DNA from: Sedimentisphaerales bacterium
GTDB taxonomy: Bacteria; Planctomycetota; Phycisphaerae; Sedimentisphaerales; SM23-30
Length of the DNA: 64,000 bases
Assembly: GCA_963666285.1 (NCBI GenBank)
Contig: OY762711.1
Strand: one strand, 5' to 3'
The notes beneath the pieces are model-generated. The model ran no database searches, was not told the origin of the DNA, and saw only the letters and a list, made by a program, of their open reading frames with translations. The translations under genes and the position numbers were made by a program. Positions 34,928 through 44,844 of the stretch are shown in pieces (positions within the stretch are counted from its first letter, which is position 1; every line of letters starts with the position of its first letter).

Positions 34928-36082
34928 CTATTTGCACATCTTTTTTCTGTATTCAAAAGGTGTCATACCTGTTTCTTTTTTAAATATCCGGGAGATATTT
35001 TTTATATTATTAAATTCCATCCTGTATGCTATTTGCTCAATAGTTAGATCTGTTTTGACGAGCTGACGGGTCATTTCTGCGATTCTTTCTCTGCGGATTT
35101 CTTCGGATATGCCGCGATTCAAAACTTTATGAAATCTCAATTGAAGTGCTCGCAATGATAACAGGGAATTCTTTTGTACATCAGAAACAGAGATCGATCT
35201 TCTTACGTTATTTCTGATATAATGAATGGCATTTGCAACCTCTTCATCATTGATCTCAAGAATGTCAGTAGATGCTCTTTTTATTATTCTTATCGGGCGA
35301 CAGGTTAGTTCTGAGGTATCTATTGCCTTTCTTCCGATCAGCATCTTATCTATTATTTCAGCAGCATTGTATCCTACCGCTTCAAAATTCATTTCTATAC
35401 TGGTTATCGGTGGGTTTGAAAGTGAACAGATCATATCATCATTATCGACTCCGATGATTGCTACTTGTGATGGAATCTTTAAATTACATACTCGGCATGT
35501 TTCTACTAGTTTGTATGCTCGTTCGTCGTTACATGCCATTATTGCAACTGGTATCTTCAATGACTTCAACCATTTGATTAGGCAGTCTTTGTCGACAGAA
35601 TCGTCTGGTGCTATTGAGTAATTAAAGTTTGCCGAACATATTGTTTGAGAAAATGAACGTTCGCGAATCTTACTCCAGCTGTATTTCATACCACAAAAAC
35701 CAAAATTCTTGAATCCTAGGCCGATCAGATATTCTGCCGCCATTATGCCGGTATTAATATCCTGTGATAAATTAATTATTCCGTCATTAAGTGTCGAAAC
35801 AGGTATAGCTACGGTTGGAAATGATTGTGAATGAATTTTATTTAGTAGTATCTTATCGTCTGGTAGGTATCCAATTAAACCATCAGCGTCAAGGTTAATG
35901 AGTTTTTGCCATATTTCATCGCTTGTTGAATTTCCGGAAAACGGCATTTTTTGAAACAAAGGGCTAAATCGATAAAAATCCCATTCGCCACGAAGATTAG
36001 CATAATTAATTATACCGCGAATAAAACCTCTGTCTGCGGCACGGGAACTGTCTAACATTAATATGATTTTACGTTTTTTCAT
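34928..36082 (-). CDS. XylR-type regulator (LacI-like sensor plus AraC HTH)
   Basis: PVAIMACNDERA, IPSQVAIIGVDND and C-terminal AraC HTH IFKKETGMTPFEYR; start taken at MKKRKII. Confidence 0.9.
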   Translation of the reverse strand: MKKRKIILMLDSSRAADRGFIRGIINYANLRGEWDFYRFSPLFQKMPFSGNSTSDEIWQKLINLDADGLIGYLPDDKILLNKIHSQSFPTVAIPVSTLNDGIINLSQDINTGIMAAEYLIGLGFKNFGFCGMKYSWSKIRERSFSQTICSANFNYSIAPDDSVDKDCLIKWLKSLKIPVAIMACNDERAYKLVETCRVCNLKIPSQVAIIGVDNDDMICSLSNPPITSIEMNFEAVGYNAAEIIDKMLIGRKAIDTSELTCRPIRIIKRASTDILEINDEEVANAIHYIRNNVRRSISVSDVQKNSLLSLRALQLRFHKVLNRGISEEIRRERIAEMTRQLVKTDLTIEQIAYRMEFNNIKNISRIFKKETGMTPFEYRKKMCK

Positions 36083-36553
36083 ATAAACAACCTGATTCAA
36101 TGAATTTGAATGCAATATACCAACTGGTCTGTTCTGTGTCAACGGTTTGCGCATATTGATGAAAAAACATGCGCTAAATTATCGTTTAGTTTAATACTAT
36201 TAACCTTATTTGTTTCTGGTTTGTGATATTCATACAGTATGATCTTTGCAATCATTATCTAAATGATTTTGTTGGTTATGTTGTAAAGCCTTTCAAAAGT
36301 TATAGTTAAATGTCTCGTGCAACATTTGCTATAACCGCATTCTTAGTAGCTGCATACTATTGTAATTTCGTATTTGGAATTGATTCCGGTCAATTCAAAT
36401 AGCCACTAATTTTGTTTACATTACTTTCTATTGCGCATATGTACGATATTATTGCGCACTTTGGGGTACTATCTATTTGTGCTAGTGTTAGAATATTATT
36501 ATCTAATTTTTAATCAGATAATTGTGTTCACCAAATATATAGGAATTAATCAT

Positions 36554-37420
36554 ATGGTTAAACCTAATGCAAAAGCATTTACTCTTATCGAATTATTAGT
36601 TGTAATTTCGATTATTGCATTGCTTGTCAGTATTCTTATGCCTGCACTTAATAAAGCTAAACAGCAGGCTACTATGGCGGTTTGTCTTAATAATGAAAAG
36701 CAGCTTGTTGTTGCCTGGACTATGTATGCTAATGAAAATGATGATATTATGGTCAGACCGCAGGCACTAAACGGTGACTGGGGTGACTGGGTTAGCTGGC
36801 CGCAGAATATTGATGGAACTGATGTGCCTTCTTCTTCTTTTGACCAGTACGCTCCTGTGTGTGGCTCGGAAGAGGAAAAAAACGGAATTGAAAATGGTGC
36901 GTTGTTTAAATACTATCAAGATCCTGAGCTTCTGCATTGCCCAGGAGATAAACGTGCCTTAAAAGAGCCTGCTGCTTCCGTTGCTAAATCTTCTGGGATG
37001 GGTGCCTGGCGAACATATTCTATTGTCGGTGTTTTGAATGCCAGGGGATACGGCACTAATAACAACCTTTCTAGCGTTTCAGGTGCTAAAGTCATTAGAA
37101 ATGCTTCCCGTATCAAGATACCGCAGGAAAAATATATATTTATCGAAGATGGCGATACACGCGGTTACAATCTTGGTGGCTGGGAAATCGATCCTTCTCA
37201 ATCTCCTTACATGCAGTTTATTGATAATATCGGGATTTACCATAACGATAAAGGTACTTTTGGTTTTGCTGATGGACACGCAGATGTTCATCAATGGGAA
37301 GATAAAGATACTATTACACATTTTCGTGATATGCTCCAGACTGGTTCTGGTTTCTATTGGTCTGATACAAGTGCTAATCTTGATGTTGAATGGCTTTGCA
37401 GGCATTATCCTTCAAAATAG
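36554..37420 (+). CDS. Prepilin-type cleavage/methylation protein with H-X9-DG motif
   Basis: AFTLIELLVVISIIALLVSILMPAL and HNDKGTFGFADGHA; AGGA upstream of ATG 36554. Confidence 0.9.
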   Translation: MVKPNAKAFTLIELLVVISIIALLVSILMPALNKAKQQATMAVCLNNEKQLVVAWTMYANENDDIMVRPQALNGDWGDWVSWPQNIDGTDVPSSSFDQYAPVCGSEEEKNGIENGALFKYYQDPELLHCPGDKRALKEPAASVAKSSGMGAWRTYSIVGVLNARGYGTNNNLSSVSGAKVIRNASRIKIPQEKYIFIEDGDTRGYNLGGWEIDPSQSPYMQFIDNIGIYHNDKGTFGFADGHADVHQWEDKDTITHFRDMLQTGSGFYWSDTSANLDVEWLCRHYPSK

Positions 37421-37572
37421 TCGATAATGTATTTTGTAAATACGTTTTGCATCATTATATATATTATATTGTTCGGTAATCTGTTGGATGTATTTCAGTT
37501 ACTTTATTCATCGCTGGCATTTCTGGCTGACGTTGATATTTATTGTCACTTTTTAAGTTGAAAGGAAAGAAA

Positions 37573-39213
37573 ATGAAAAAGTCAGGTCTGTTATTAGTAT
37601 TATTAACCTTTTTGTGTGGGACTGTTTTTGCAGCAGATTCCAACTGGAATGTCGAGTCCGGCAATTGGTACGATGACGAAAACTGGTCTGGAGGAAAGCC
37701 TGTTCTGTCTGACACCAGCGGATATATCAATATCAAAAAGAGTAGCACTTCGGTTTGTACTCTTAATACCGATGAAGGATTGTTCAGCAAACGTTGGATT
37801 ATGCAGAATGGTCAGACTTTAAATATTGAAGATGGTGGATCATTTGGTGCTACTTGGTCTCGTTGTGGCCGTGGGTCTGCTTCATTTGTAAATCTGACCG
37901 GAAGCGGCACATTCATTATGAATAATGATGATTTGTATCTTGGCCTGGAAAATGGTTCCATGGAATGGAAAATGTATGATTCAAGTACGCTTTCTGTCCA
38001 GGGCGATGACGGTGATGATAGTGATGAACTCTATCTGGGCGAAGATGGAGGCACTTGTTTGTTCCAGTTAAATGGTTCAAGCATAACCGTTAATGTTGAT
38101 CGGGTCCATGTTACTGCCAATAGTGCCGGTGGTTCTGCAACTGTGGGCTATGTTATGGATGCCGCTGGTGCCAGCCCTATTGTTACCCAGCGTTTATATA
38201 TTGGCGAAGCTGGTACAGCGTATCTGAATGTTTCTGCTGCTGAAGAACTTGCTCAGCAGGATATTGTACTTATTGAAGTTACTTCTAGTTATTCAATCGG
38301 CGGTAATGGCGTTTTTGATGCTTTGAATGACGGTCCTGCTGATGAAGGTTCTCTCATTCTTCTTGGCGGCAATCTGTATTCTCTTACTTATTCTTATAAT
38401 GCTAGTGATTCATACAATAACGATGTTGCCCTGGTATTTGTTAGAGCTGCTAAAAACATGGCAAACACACCGGATCCGTATGATGGTGAAGTACTTTCAA
38501 GCAGTCCGTTAACTCTAAGCTGGACTAATCCGGACCCTAATGATGGTTCCAGCGATATCGTCTGTACTGTATATCTGGGTACTTCTGAGGATCGTTCCGC
38601 TATGGAATCTGTTACTCTTGCACCTAATGTGACTACAGTTGATATAAATGAAGATAATTTCCCAACCTGCGGTATTCAACCGTTGCCGGATGCTAATGAC
38701 TATTACTGGTATGTATCTTGTGAAGATGCCAGCCCGGGATTTGATTCTGAGTCTGGTATTGGGCTTACCTGGACTTTTTCTACTGACTATAATTTTCCAC
38801 CAGTAGTTGATGCTGGTGCAGATCAGGTTATATGGGGTTTACCAAATGTAATTAGTTTGGAAGGTGTAATAACTGATGATAATAAACCTGCCGGGGCTTC
38901 TATTACAGTTGAATGGTCTCAGGTTAGTGGTCCTGAAGTAACTATTGATTCTCCTGACCAGATAGAGGCCACTGTATCGGTCACTGAAGCAGGTATATAC
39001 GAATTTATGCTTTCCGCTGATGATAGCGACAAGCAGGCTTCTGATACTGTTGAAGTTATTGTCGGTTCTGATTCATGTGAAGCTTCTTATCTGTCTGGTA
39101 CCCCATATAATACCTATGACTTCAATCAGGACTGTGTTGTTGATGTTCTCGATTTTGTTGATTTCGCCGAAAATTGGCTGAATTGTACCAATACCGAAGA
39201 AGGTTGTAATTGA
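37573..39213 (+). CDS. Secreted protein with PKD-like domain and dockerin-like C-terminus (tandem paralog 1)
   Basis: Signal peptide, PVVDAGADQ..WSQVSGP and DFNQDCVVDVLDFVDFAENWL. Confidence 0.8.
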   Translation: MKKSGLLLVLLTFLCGTVFAADSNWNVESGNWYDDENWSGGKPVLSDTSGYINIKKSSTSVCTLNTDEGLFSKRWIMQNGQTLNIEDGGSFGATWSRCGRGSASFVNLTGSGTFIMNNDDLYLGLENGSMEWKMYDSSTLSVQGDDGDDSDELYLGEDGGTCLFQLNGSSITVNVDRVHVTANSAGGSATVGYVMDAAGASPIVTQRLYIGEAGTAYLNVSAAEELAQQDIVLIEVTSSYSIGGNGVFDALNDGPADEGSLILLGGNLYSLTYSYNASDSYNNDVALVFVRAAKNMANTPDPYDGEVLSSSPLTLSWTNPDPNDGSSDIVCTVYLGTSEDRSAMESVTLAPNVTTVDINEDNFPTCGIQPLPDANDYYWYVSCEDASPGFDSESGIGLTWTFSTDYNFPPVVDAGADQVIWGLPNVISLEGVITDDNKPAGASITVEWSQVSGPEVTIDSPDQIEATVSVTEAGIYEFMLSADDSDKQASDTVEVIVGSDSCEASYLSGTPYNTYDFNQDCVVDVLDFVDFAENWLNCTNTEEGCN

Positions 39214-39266
39214 TTTTATAGATAAATATTATCTTTATTTAGATATATATGGAAAGGAAAGAAATA

Positions 39267-40904
39267 ATGAAAAAGTATGGACAAATATTAATGTCATTAT
39301 TCTTGATGACATCTGCATCGTTTGCTGATGTAGATTGGAACGTTGAAACCGGTTACTGGTCCGATGGTGCAAACTGGAGTACTGGCGTCAAACCTGATGG
39401 TTCTCAGGCTGTTAACATAGGTAAAAGTTCTACCTCCGTCTGTATAATAAATACTGACGAAGGCTTGATTGGGGCTAATAATTATATCCGCAATGGCCAG
39501 ACACTTGAGATTGTCGACGGCGGTCGCTATGGAACTAAATGGACCAGGTGGGCTGATGGATCTTCTGCGACTATCAATATGTCTGGTAATGGAACTTACG
39601 TATTGAATGATGATGACCTTTATATCGGCTTTAATGGTGATTGTGTAGTTACTATGAGTGATACAAGTCTGATCACTGTACAGGCGGATGATGGCGATAT
39701 GAGCGAAGAATTATACATTGGTGATGGCGGAAATGCTCTTCTCCAGCTTAACGGATCTGGTGTAAAGGTTGAACCTGACCGTATCCATATCGGTTATCAG
39801 AGATTCGGCACTTTTGGCGGGGATGTGACTCTTGAATATAATATGGACGCCGGTGGCGCAGGACAGATTGTTGTACAGCGGGCCTATATTGCTGAAGCCG
39901 GTACTGCTAATCTATTAATCACTGCCTCAGATATCACCCCCGAAAGTGACATTGTCCTTATGGACGTTACTTCTGGATATTCTATTGGTGGTAATGGTGT
40001 TTTTGACACCCTAAACGGTAGCCCGGCTGTTGAAGGTGCTGAAATACTGGTTGGCGGCAATATATATGCTCTTACATATTCTTACGATGCAACTGGAGAT
40101 TCTGGCAGTAATGATATTGCATTGCTTTTTGTCAGATCAGGTAAATATATGCCGATTTCTCCTGAACCTGCTGACCGTAGTTCTGTTGAAACCAGTCCTT
40201 TGACTCTAAGCTGGAACAATCCTGATCCAAATGATGGCACCAGTGATATTACTTGTACTGTATATTTCGGATTATCGAACGACCGCTCTAAGATGGAATC
40301 TGTCACATTGGCTCCAAATATATCAATGGTTGATTTAGATCAGGCTAATTTCCCGACCTATGGTATTCAGCCGCTGCCGGATGCCAATGACTACTATTGG
40401 TATGTTTCTTGCGATGATGCCAGTCCGGGTGTTGACCTGGAAAATGGTGTTGGTATGACCTGGACTTTCTCTACGGATTATAATTTCCCACCTGTTGTTG
40501 ATGCCGGAGATGATCAGGTCCAATGGGGACTGCCGGGTGTTATTAATCTGGTTGGTGTTGTTACCGATGATAATAAGCCCGCCGGAGTTGAGTTGACACT
40601 TGAATGGACCCAGGTTAGTGGCACGGAAGTTTCCATAGATACACCTGATAAGGCAGAGACAACTGTTTCAGTTACCTCGGCTGGGGTTTATGAATTTCAA
40701 CTGACAGCTGACGATAGTGTCAAACAGAGCTCTGATATTGTCAAGGTTGTTGTTGGTTCTGACTCTTGTGAAGCTTCTTATCTAAATGGTATTCCGTATA
40801 ATGATTTCGACTTCAACCAGGATTGTATCGTTAACCTGATCGACTTTGCTTCTATCGCGGGGCAGTGGCTCAATTGTACCGATACCATAGTAGGTTGTGA
40901 CTAA
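39267..40904 (+). CDS. Secreted protein with PKD-like domain and dockerin-like C-terminus (tandem paralog 2)
   Basis: Colinear with 37573-39213 and shares identical peptides such as GIQPLPDANDYYWYVSC and TWTFSTDYNFPPVVDAG. Confidence 0.8.
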   Translation: MKKYGQILMSLFLMTSASFADVDWNVETGYWSDGANWSTGVKPDGSQAVNIGKSSTSVCIINTDEGLIGANNYIRNGQTLEIVDGGRYGTKWTRWADGSSATINMSGNGTYVLNDDDLYIGFNGDCVVTMSDTSLITVQADDGDMSEELYIGDGGNALLQLNGSGVKVEPDRIHIGYQRFGTFGGDVTLEYNMDAGGAGQIVVQRAYIAEAGTANLLITASDITPESDIVLMDVTSGYSIGGNGVFDTLNGSPAVEGAEILVGGNIYALTYSYDATGDSGSNDIALLFVRSGKYMPISPEPADRSSVETSPLTLSWNNPDPNDGTSDITCTVYFGLSNDRSKMESVTLAPNISMVDLDQANFPTYGIQPLPDANDYYWYVSCDDASPGVDLENGVGMTWTFSTDYNFPPVVDAGDDQVQWGLPGVINLVGVVTDDNKPAGVELTLEWTQVSGTEVSIDTPDKAETTVSVTSAGVYEFQLTADDSVKQSSDIVKVVVGSDSCEASYLNGIPYNDFDFNQDCIVNLIDFASIAGQWLNCTDTIVGCD

Positions 40905-41043
40905 TATAAGAAACTCAAAGTGACAGGTTTTACATTTGGTTTTGATGTAACAAATTCTAATACAATTTGATATTAACAAAATAATAGCCTGTCGCTTTGC
41001 GGCAATCCATGCCTAATAATTAAAAAATCTAATACTTAATACC

Positions 41044-41072
41044 TCTCAAACTGACCATCGGTCAGTTTGAGA
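41044..41072. terminator. Perfect 13 bp hairpin downstream of the paralog pair
   Basis: tctcaaactgacc-atc-ggtcagtttgaga; no strong T tract follows. Confidence 0.45.
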
Positions 41073-41284
41073 ATTTAAGAATAATTTACTTACGATTTAA
41101 TTCTGTTATGTCCCGGGTTTGCTTTACATTGAGCATTCCCGGGATTATTTTATAATTTGCAGACTCTCTTGCATACACTATACAATTGCGAACATTTTTA
41201 TCTCTTAAATTGAAAATTTGCTTCATGCCAGTTTTCGAAAATTATTTTCGCCAAAAACTTCTAACTTCTCGCATCTTACTTCTA

Positions 41285-42621
41285 ACTGAACTTTTGCAAA
41301 ATTAGGGTAAAGCTAATTGTACTTTAATACGTTTAAAACTTGTTCCGTTGGATTCGATTTGATCAACCACCCAAGCGATTGTATTGCTGAGAGTTTCTCG
41401 CATAACTGCCATACAAGATTGTCCTATGGTCGTCAGGCGTTCTCGTGCCCATTCACACACACGGTTCTGCTGCATTTGAGTCAAAAGTACGCTATACGCC
41501 AGAAACACCATGTACATGTGTCTTGTCTGACCCAGGCCGCTTCTAAGCTGACAGTCGCCCATGCCCAAATACTGCTTGCCGTCTCGATGAAAGCACTCTG
41601 TGCCTTGCCAGCGGCAGCGATAGACCTTCAGGATACGAATCGCTTCCCAGTTGCATCGATTGCAAACCAGAATCTTTTTAGGTTCAATATCATTCTTTTT
41701 ATGCCAGATAATCAGGATACGTACTTTGTGGTCTACACCAGGAATCCTGATACTTTTAGTAAAGTAATATTGGCGATGCTTGCCAATAGTTATGAGTTTT
41801 TTGATTTCAGGGTCAATAGATTTGGCTACTTCTTCAGCCTTTATTACTTTGCCCTGAAATATAGTCTTACGATTTGTTTTCAAATCACCAACATAATTAC
41901 GTTCATACTGGTTTATATGGTTAAGGTTGTCGCTATGGGTAAACCAGCTATCGAAGGTAAAGTCACCGGGAATATCGTTAGCTACAGTCCAGTCAACCAG
42001 ATTGCGGAAAAGGATATTATGATCCTGAAATTCAATGCCCCGTTCCAGACAATCTTCTTTTTTGACAAATCTGTAAAACTCCAAAGGATAATGTTTCCCG
42101 GAATTACAGACATAATTGGCTATCAGGTAATCATGGGCTATTTTATTACGTTGATCTGCATGATCCCAGAAATATCCTACATCCTCAATATGTTTACCAC
42201 TATGGTCTATCAGAACATTATCAAGGGCAATAACCCCAGAATCGCTATATCTGGTTTTAGGGTCTTTCTGCAGCCACTCCAGTCTGGCAGTGTTAAGCGA
42301 TTCTTCGTCCCATTCAACATCGGTGAGAAACCGGTTGAGACAGGATTGATCAGAGGCAAATGCAAATTCCCTGTTGATGGCAGAGACGTTTTTCTTGCGG
42401 GCAATGATAAGACCGGTGATATACTCAGCAAAATGACGACGTTCAGGCTCATTTTGAAAATGATCGCCAAATTCATCGACAGCTTGCTGGACTACTGTAG
42501 GGTATTGTACTATAGCTGGCATACCAAAATCCTTTCTGGGTTTTCGGAGTGCTCTGCTATCAAATTTTATCGGTCTATACCACATTTTAACGTTAATTTT
42601 TTAATTTTGCAAAAGTTCAGT
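41285..42621 (-). mobile_element. IS701-like insertion sequence, 1337 bp
   Basis: Perfect 20 bp terminal inverted repeats actgaacttttgcaaaatta / taattttgcaaaagttcagt, flanked by direct repeat tcta (41281-41284, 42622-42625). Confidence 0.92.
41302..42522 (-). CDS. DDE transposase, IS701-like
   Basis: VIALDNVLIDHSGKHIEDVG, FTFDSWF and YRCRWQGTECFHRDGKQYLGMGDCQLR; start taken at MPAIVQYP. Confidence 0.88.
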   Translation of the reverse strand: MPAIVQYPTVVQQAVDEFGDHFQNEPERRHFAEYITGLIIARKKNVSAINREFAFASDQSCLNRFLTDVEWDEESLNTARLEWLQKDPKTRYSDSGVIALDNVLIDHSGKHIEDVGYFWDHADQRNKIAHDYLIANYVCNSGKHYPLEFYRFVKKEDCLERGIEFQDHNILFRNLVDWTVANDIPGDFTFDSWFTHSDNLNHINQYERNYVGDLKTNRKTIFQGKVIKAEEVAKSIDPEIKKLITIGKHRQYYFTKSIRIPGVDHKVRILIIWHKKNDIEPKKILVCNRCNWEAIRILKVYRCRWQGTECFHRDGKQYLGMGDCQLRSGLGQTRHMYMVFLAYSVLLTQMQQNRVCEWARERLTTIGQSCMAVMRETLSNTIAWVVDQIESNGTSFKRIKVQLALP

Positions 42622-44165
42622 TCTAACTCTTCTCATAATTCAGGTGCAGCAATTTTGGTATGAACTTTTCTTACGCGACAGCTTTAAAATAAGTTGTGAG
42701 CGACAGCGAATTATTCCTGATGTCAACGTACATCAGGACACCTCAATTCTTCACCCGCTTGCGACATGCGAAGCATACTTAACTTTTCGTTTTTCACTCA
42801 ATTATCTGGTCTGCCCACAATCCAAAAAAAACAACTTACGTCAATCTCCGTAAATTTCTCAACCCGTCGTTATCCTTACCGCACCCGTTATAACATCTCC
42901 GCACTCTTCAATTTCATTCCGTTTTTTTAACTCTTCCTTCACCTAAATACTCTCACTTATAAATCAATTAGCCTTGCCAAACCCGTTTAAAAAAGGTCGC
43001 GCAGCGACACCTTCACATCATTGGACAAGTCCAATGATGTGCCAGAGTGCGTAGCACGTATTTATCTTCCTCCTGTTCTACTGTTCTACTGCTCATCTGC
43101 TCTAAGCTCTAAGCTCTAACGACCTTCCGTCGCTCGGCGTAGTCGTATAAAACAAGCTGTCCGCGAAGCGGATACCATAATTTTTCACTTTTAATTATTC
43201 AGTTTTTATTGAGCGTTGTTTATATTAAAGACGAAGTTTTCGTCGTTGTTATGTTTTATCGAGAGCTGATTTTTGCTGGTTCTCATTTTTTGTCGGCTCT
43301 CTACAATTGGACGGTATGTCGAAAGTGCGCTGATTTTTTTAGTGGTCGTGTTGGTTTGGAAGATTGTAAGGTGTTTGTAGTAAGCGGGATAAAATTTTTT
43401 GGAATTATAGATTTTCGCGATTTGGTTGATGTAAAAACGCGGTGATTTTTTCTTTGAAAAAATCAAGTGAAGAATTGCGGTGTCGCTTCGCGACGGCTAA
43501 TTAATGGGTGACGGGAGGTGTGCGGCATATATACGGGGAAGCGCGGCGGGTGGACGGAGGTGAAAAGGCAAATGGATTTGAACGGCGGTGAATTGCGGTA
43601 AACGGACAGTATACGGCGGAGCGTTGAATGGGTGCGGCGGTATACAGACGGGAACGAAGCGGAGACGCGATGAGCTACGCTAAATGAAAAATGAATAATT
43701 AAAAGTGAAAAATTAAGGTGTTCGCCTGGCGGCTCACGGCTTGTTTAAAATTAGAACAGATGACAGTAGAACAGGCAATCAGCAGCGAGCTACGAGCGGC
43801 CAGCTGTCAGGAAATACGTGCTACGCACTCTGGCACATCATTGGACAAGTCCAATGATGTGAAGGTATCGCCTAGCGGCGGAGCTAATTTAACATGCTAA
43901 CGCATATGTGGGGTAGGTTAGCGATAATTGACTAGTGGGTCGGGGAGGAGGTGTGGCGGAGGAAGAAATTTACCGAGATTTGTCGTAATTTGTTATTTTT
44001 GGGTTTTGGGCGGACCAGATAATTGAGTGAAGAACGAAGAACTAAGAGTGAAGAATTGAGGTGTTCGCCTAACGGCTCACGGTTTGTTTTAAGGCTGTCG
44101 CGTAGGTAAAGTTCAATCAAAATTGCGGCACCTGAAGGATGAGAAGAGTTAGAAGAAAGAAGTGA
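42622..44165. repeat. ~1.5 kb nested imperfect inverted repeat with mini-hairpins and 7-mer repeats
   Basis: Reverse-complement matches: 42622-42860 with 43960-44165; 43009-43063 with 43812-43866; ~43072-43105 with ~43750-43775; 43147-43201 with 43692-43748. Confidence 0.85.
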
Positions 44166-44312
44166 GAGTTTTAAACCGGTTCGTTCAGGACATGGGTAAC
44201 GGTTGAGTGTCAATACATAGGTAAAATAGCTTATGTTTTTGAAATATTATTATCAAGACAATAGACATTACAGTATAATAGCAAACTTAGTGCCAAACAG
44301 GTTTGGGACGGC
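43975..44312 (+). repeat. Direct repeat A (~340 bp)
   Basis: Similar to 49482-49844; 44159-44246 is identical to 49691-49778. Confidence 0.9.
44279..44296 (-). promoter_or_regulatory. Sigma-54 (-24/-12) promoter motif in repeat A
   Basis: Minus strand TTGGCAC-TAAGT-TTGCTA matches TGGCAC-N5-TTGC. Confidence 0.6.
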
Positions 44313-44844
44313 CACTATAATTTCTCTGCCAGGAAGAAAAAAATATTATGAAAATGCCAAGAAAAATAAATAAACAATTTGAAAAAGTTCTTTTATTACT
44401 TTGTTGTGAAGAGGCTCAACTTTGTGTTCTATTTTTTTTGATAATAATAGACTCGATAGTTAGTTTATTTACTGTAACAAATTATAGGTATTTTATCATA
44501 ATCTTTCTATTTTATAGTATTTTTTGTTATTATATAAAAAAGAGTTATTTAAAAGATATATGTCTGTCTGAAAACCTTTTGTTTTTCTATAGTTTTATGC
44601 AAAAATTTTTATTTGTAACTCTTTGTTTGATATCAATTATTGGCATGTTTTTTACTATTTAACAAGATGGTATTTAAGGTGTCCGGCGTCTACCAGAAAA
44701 TAATTTAGATGAGGTGATATTATTCTACGCAAACCCTACTGATATGCAATAGTGTGTTTCATGTTCTAGTGAATCATAACCTTATAATATTTATACTATT
44801 GCAGGAGTTGTTGGTAGTTATTTGAATAAAGGAATTGTAGTAAA

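Noticed and set aside
41317..42663. 448 aa ORF antisense to the transposase
   Set aside because: It overlaps the transposase almost entirely, has no recognisable motif and runs past the IS end, so it is most likely a shadow ORF.
42622..44312. CRISPR array
   Set aside because: There are no regularly spaced identical direct repeats with unique spacers and no cas genes; the repeats are inverted and nested.
44348..44662. 104 aa hydrophobic ORF
   Set aside because: It is very AT-rich and low in complexity, with no recognisable motif, so it is probably spurious.
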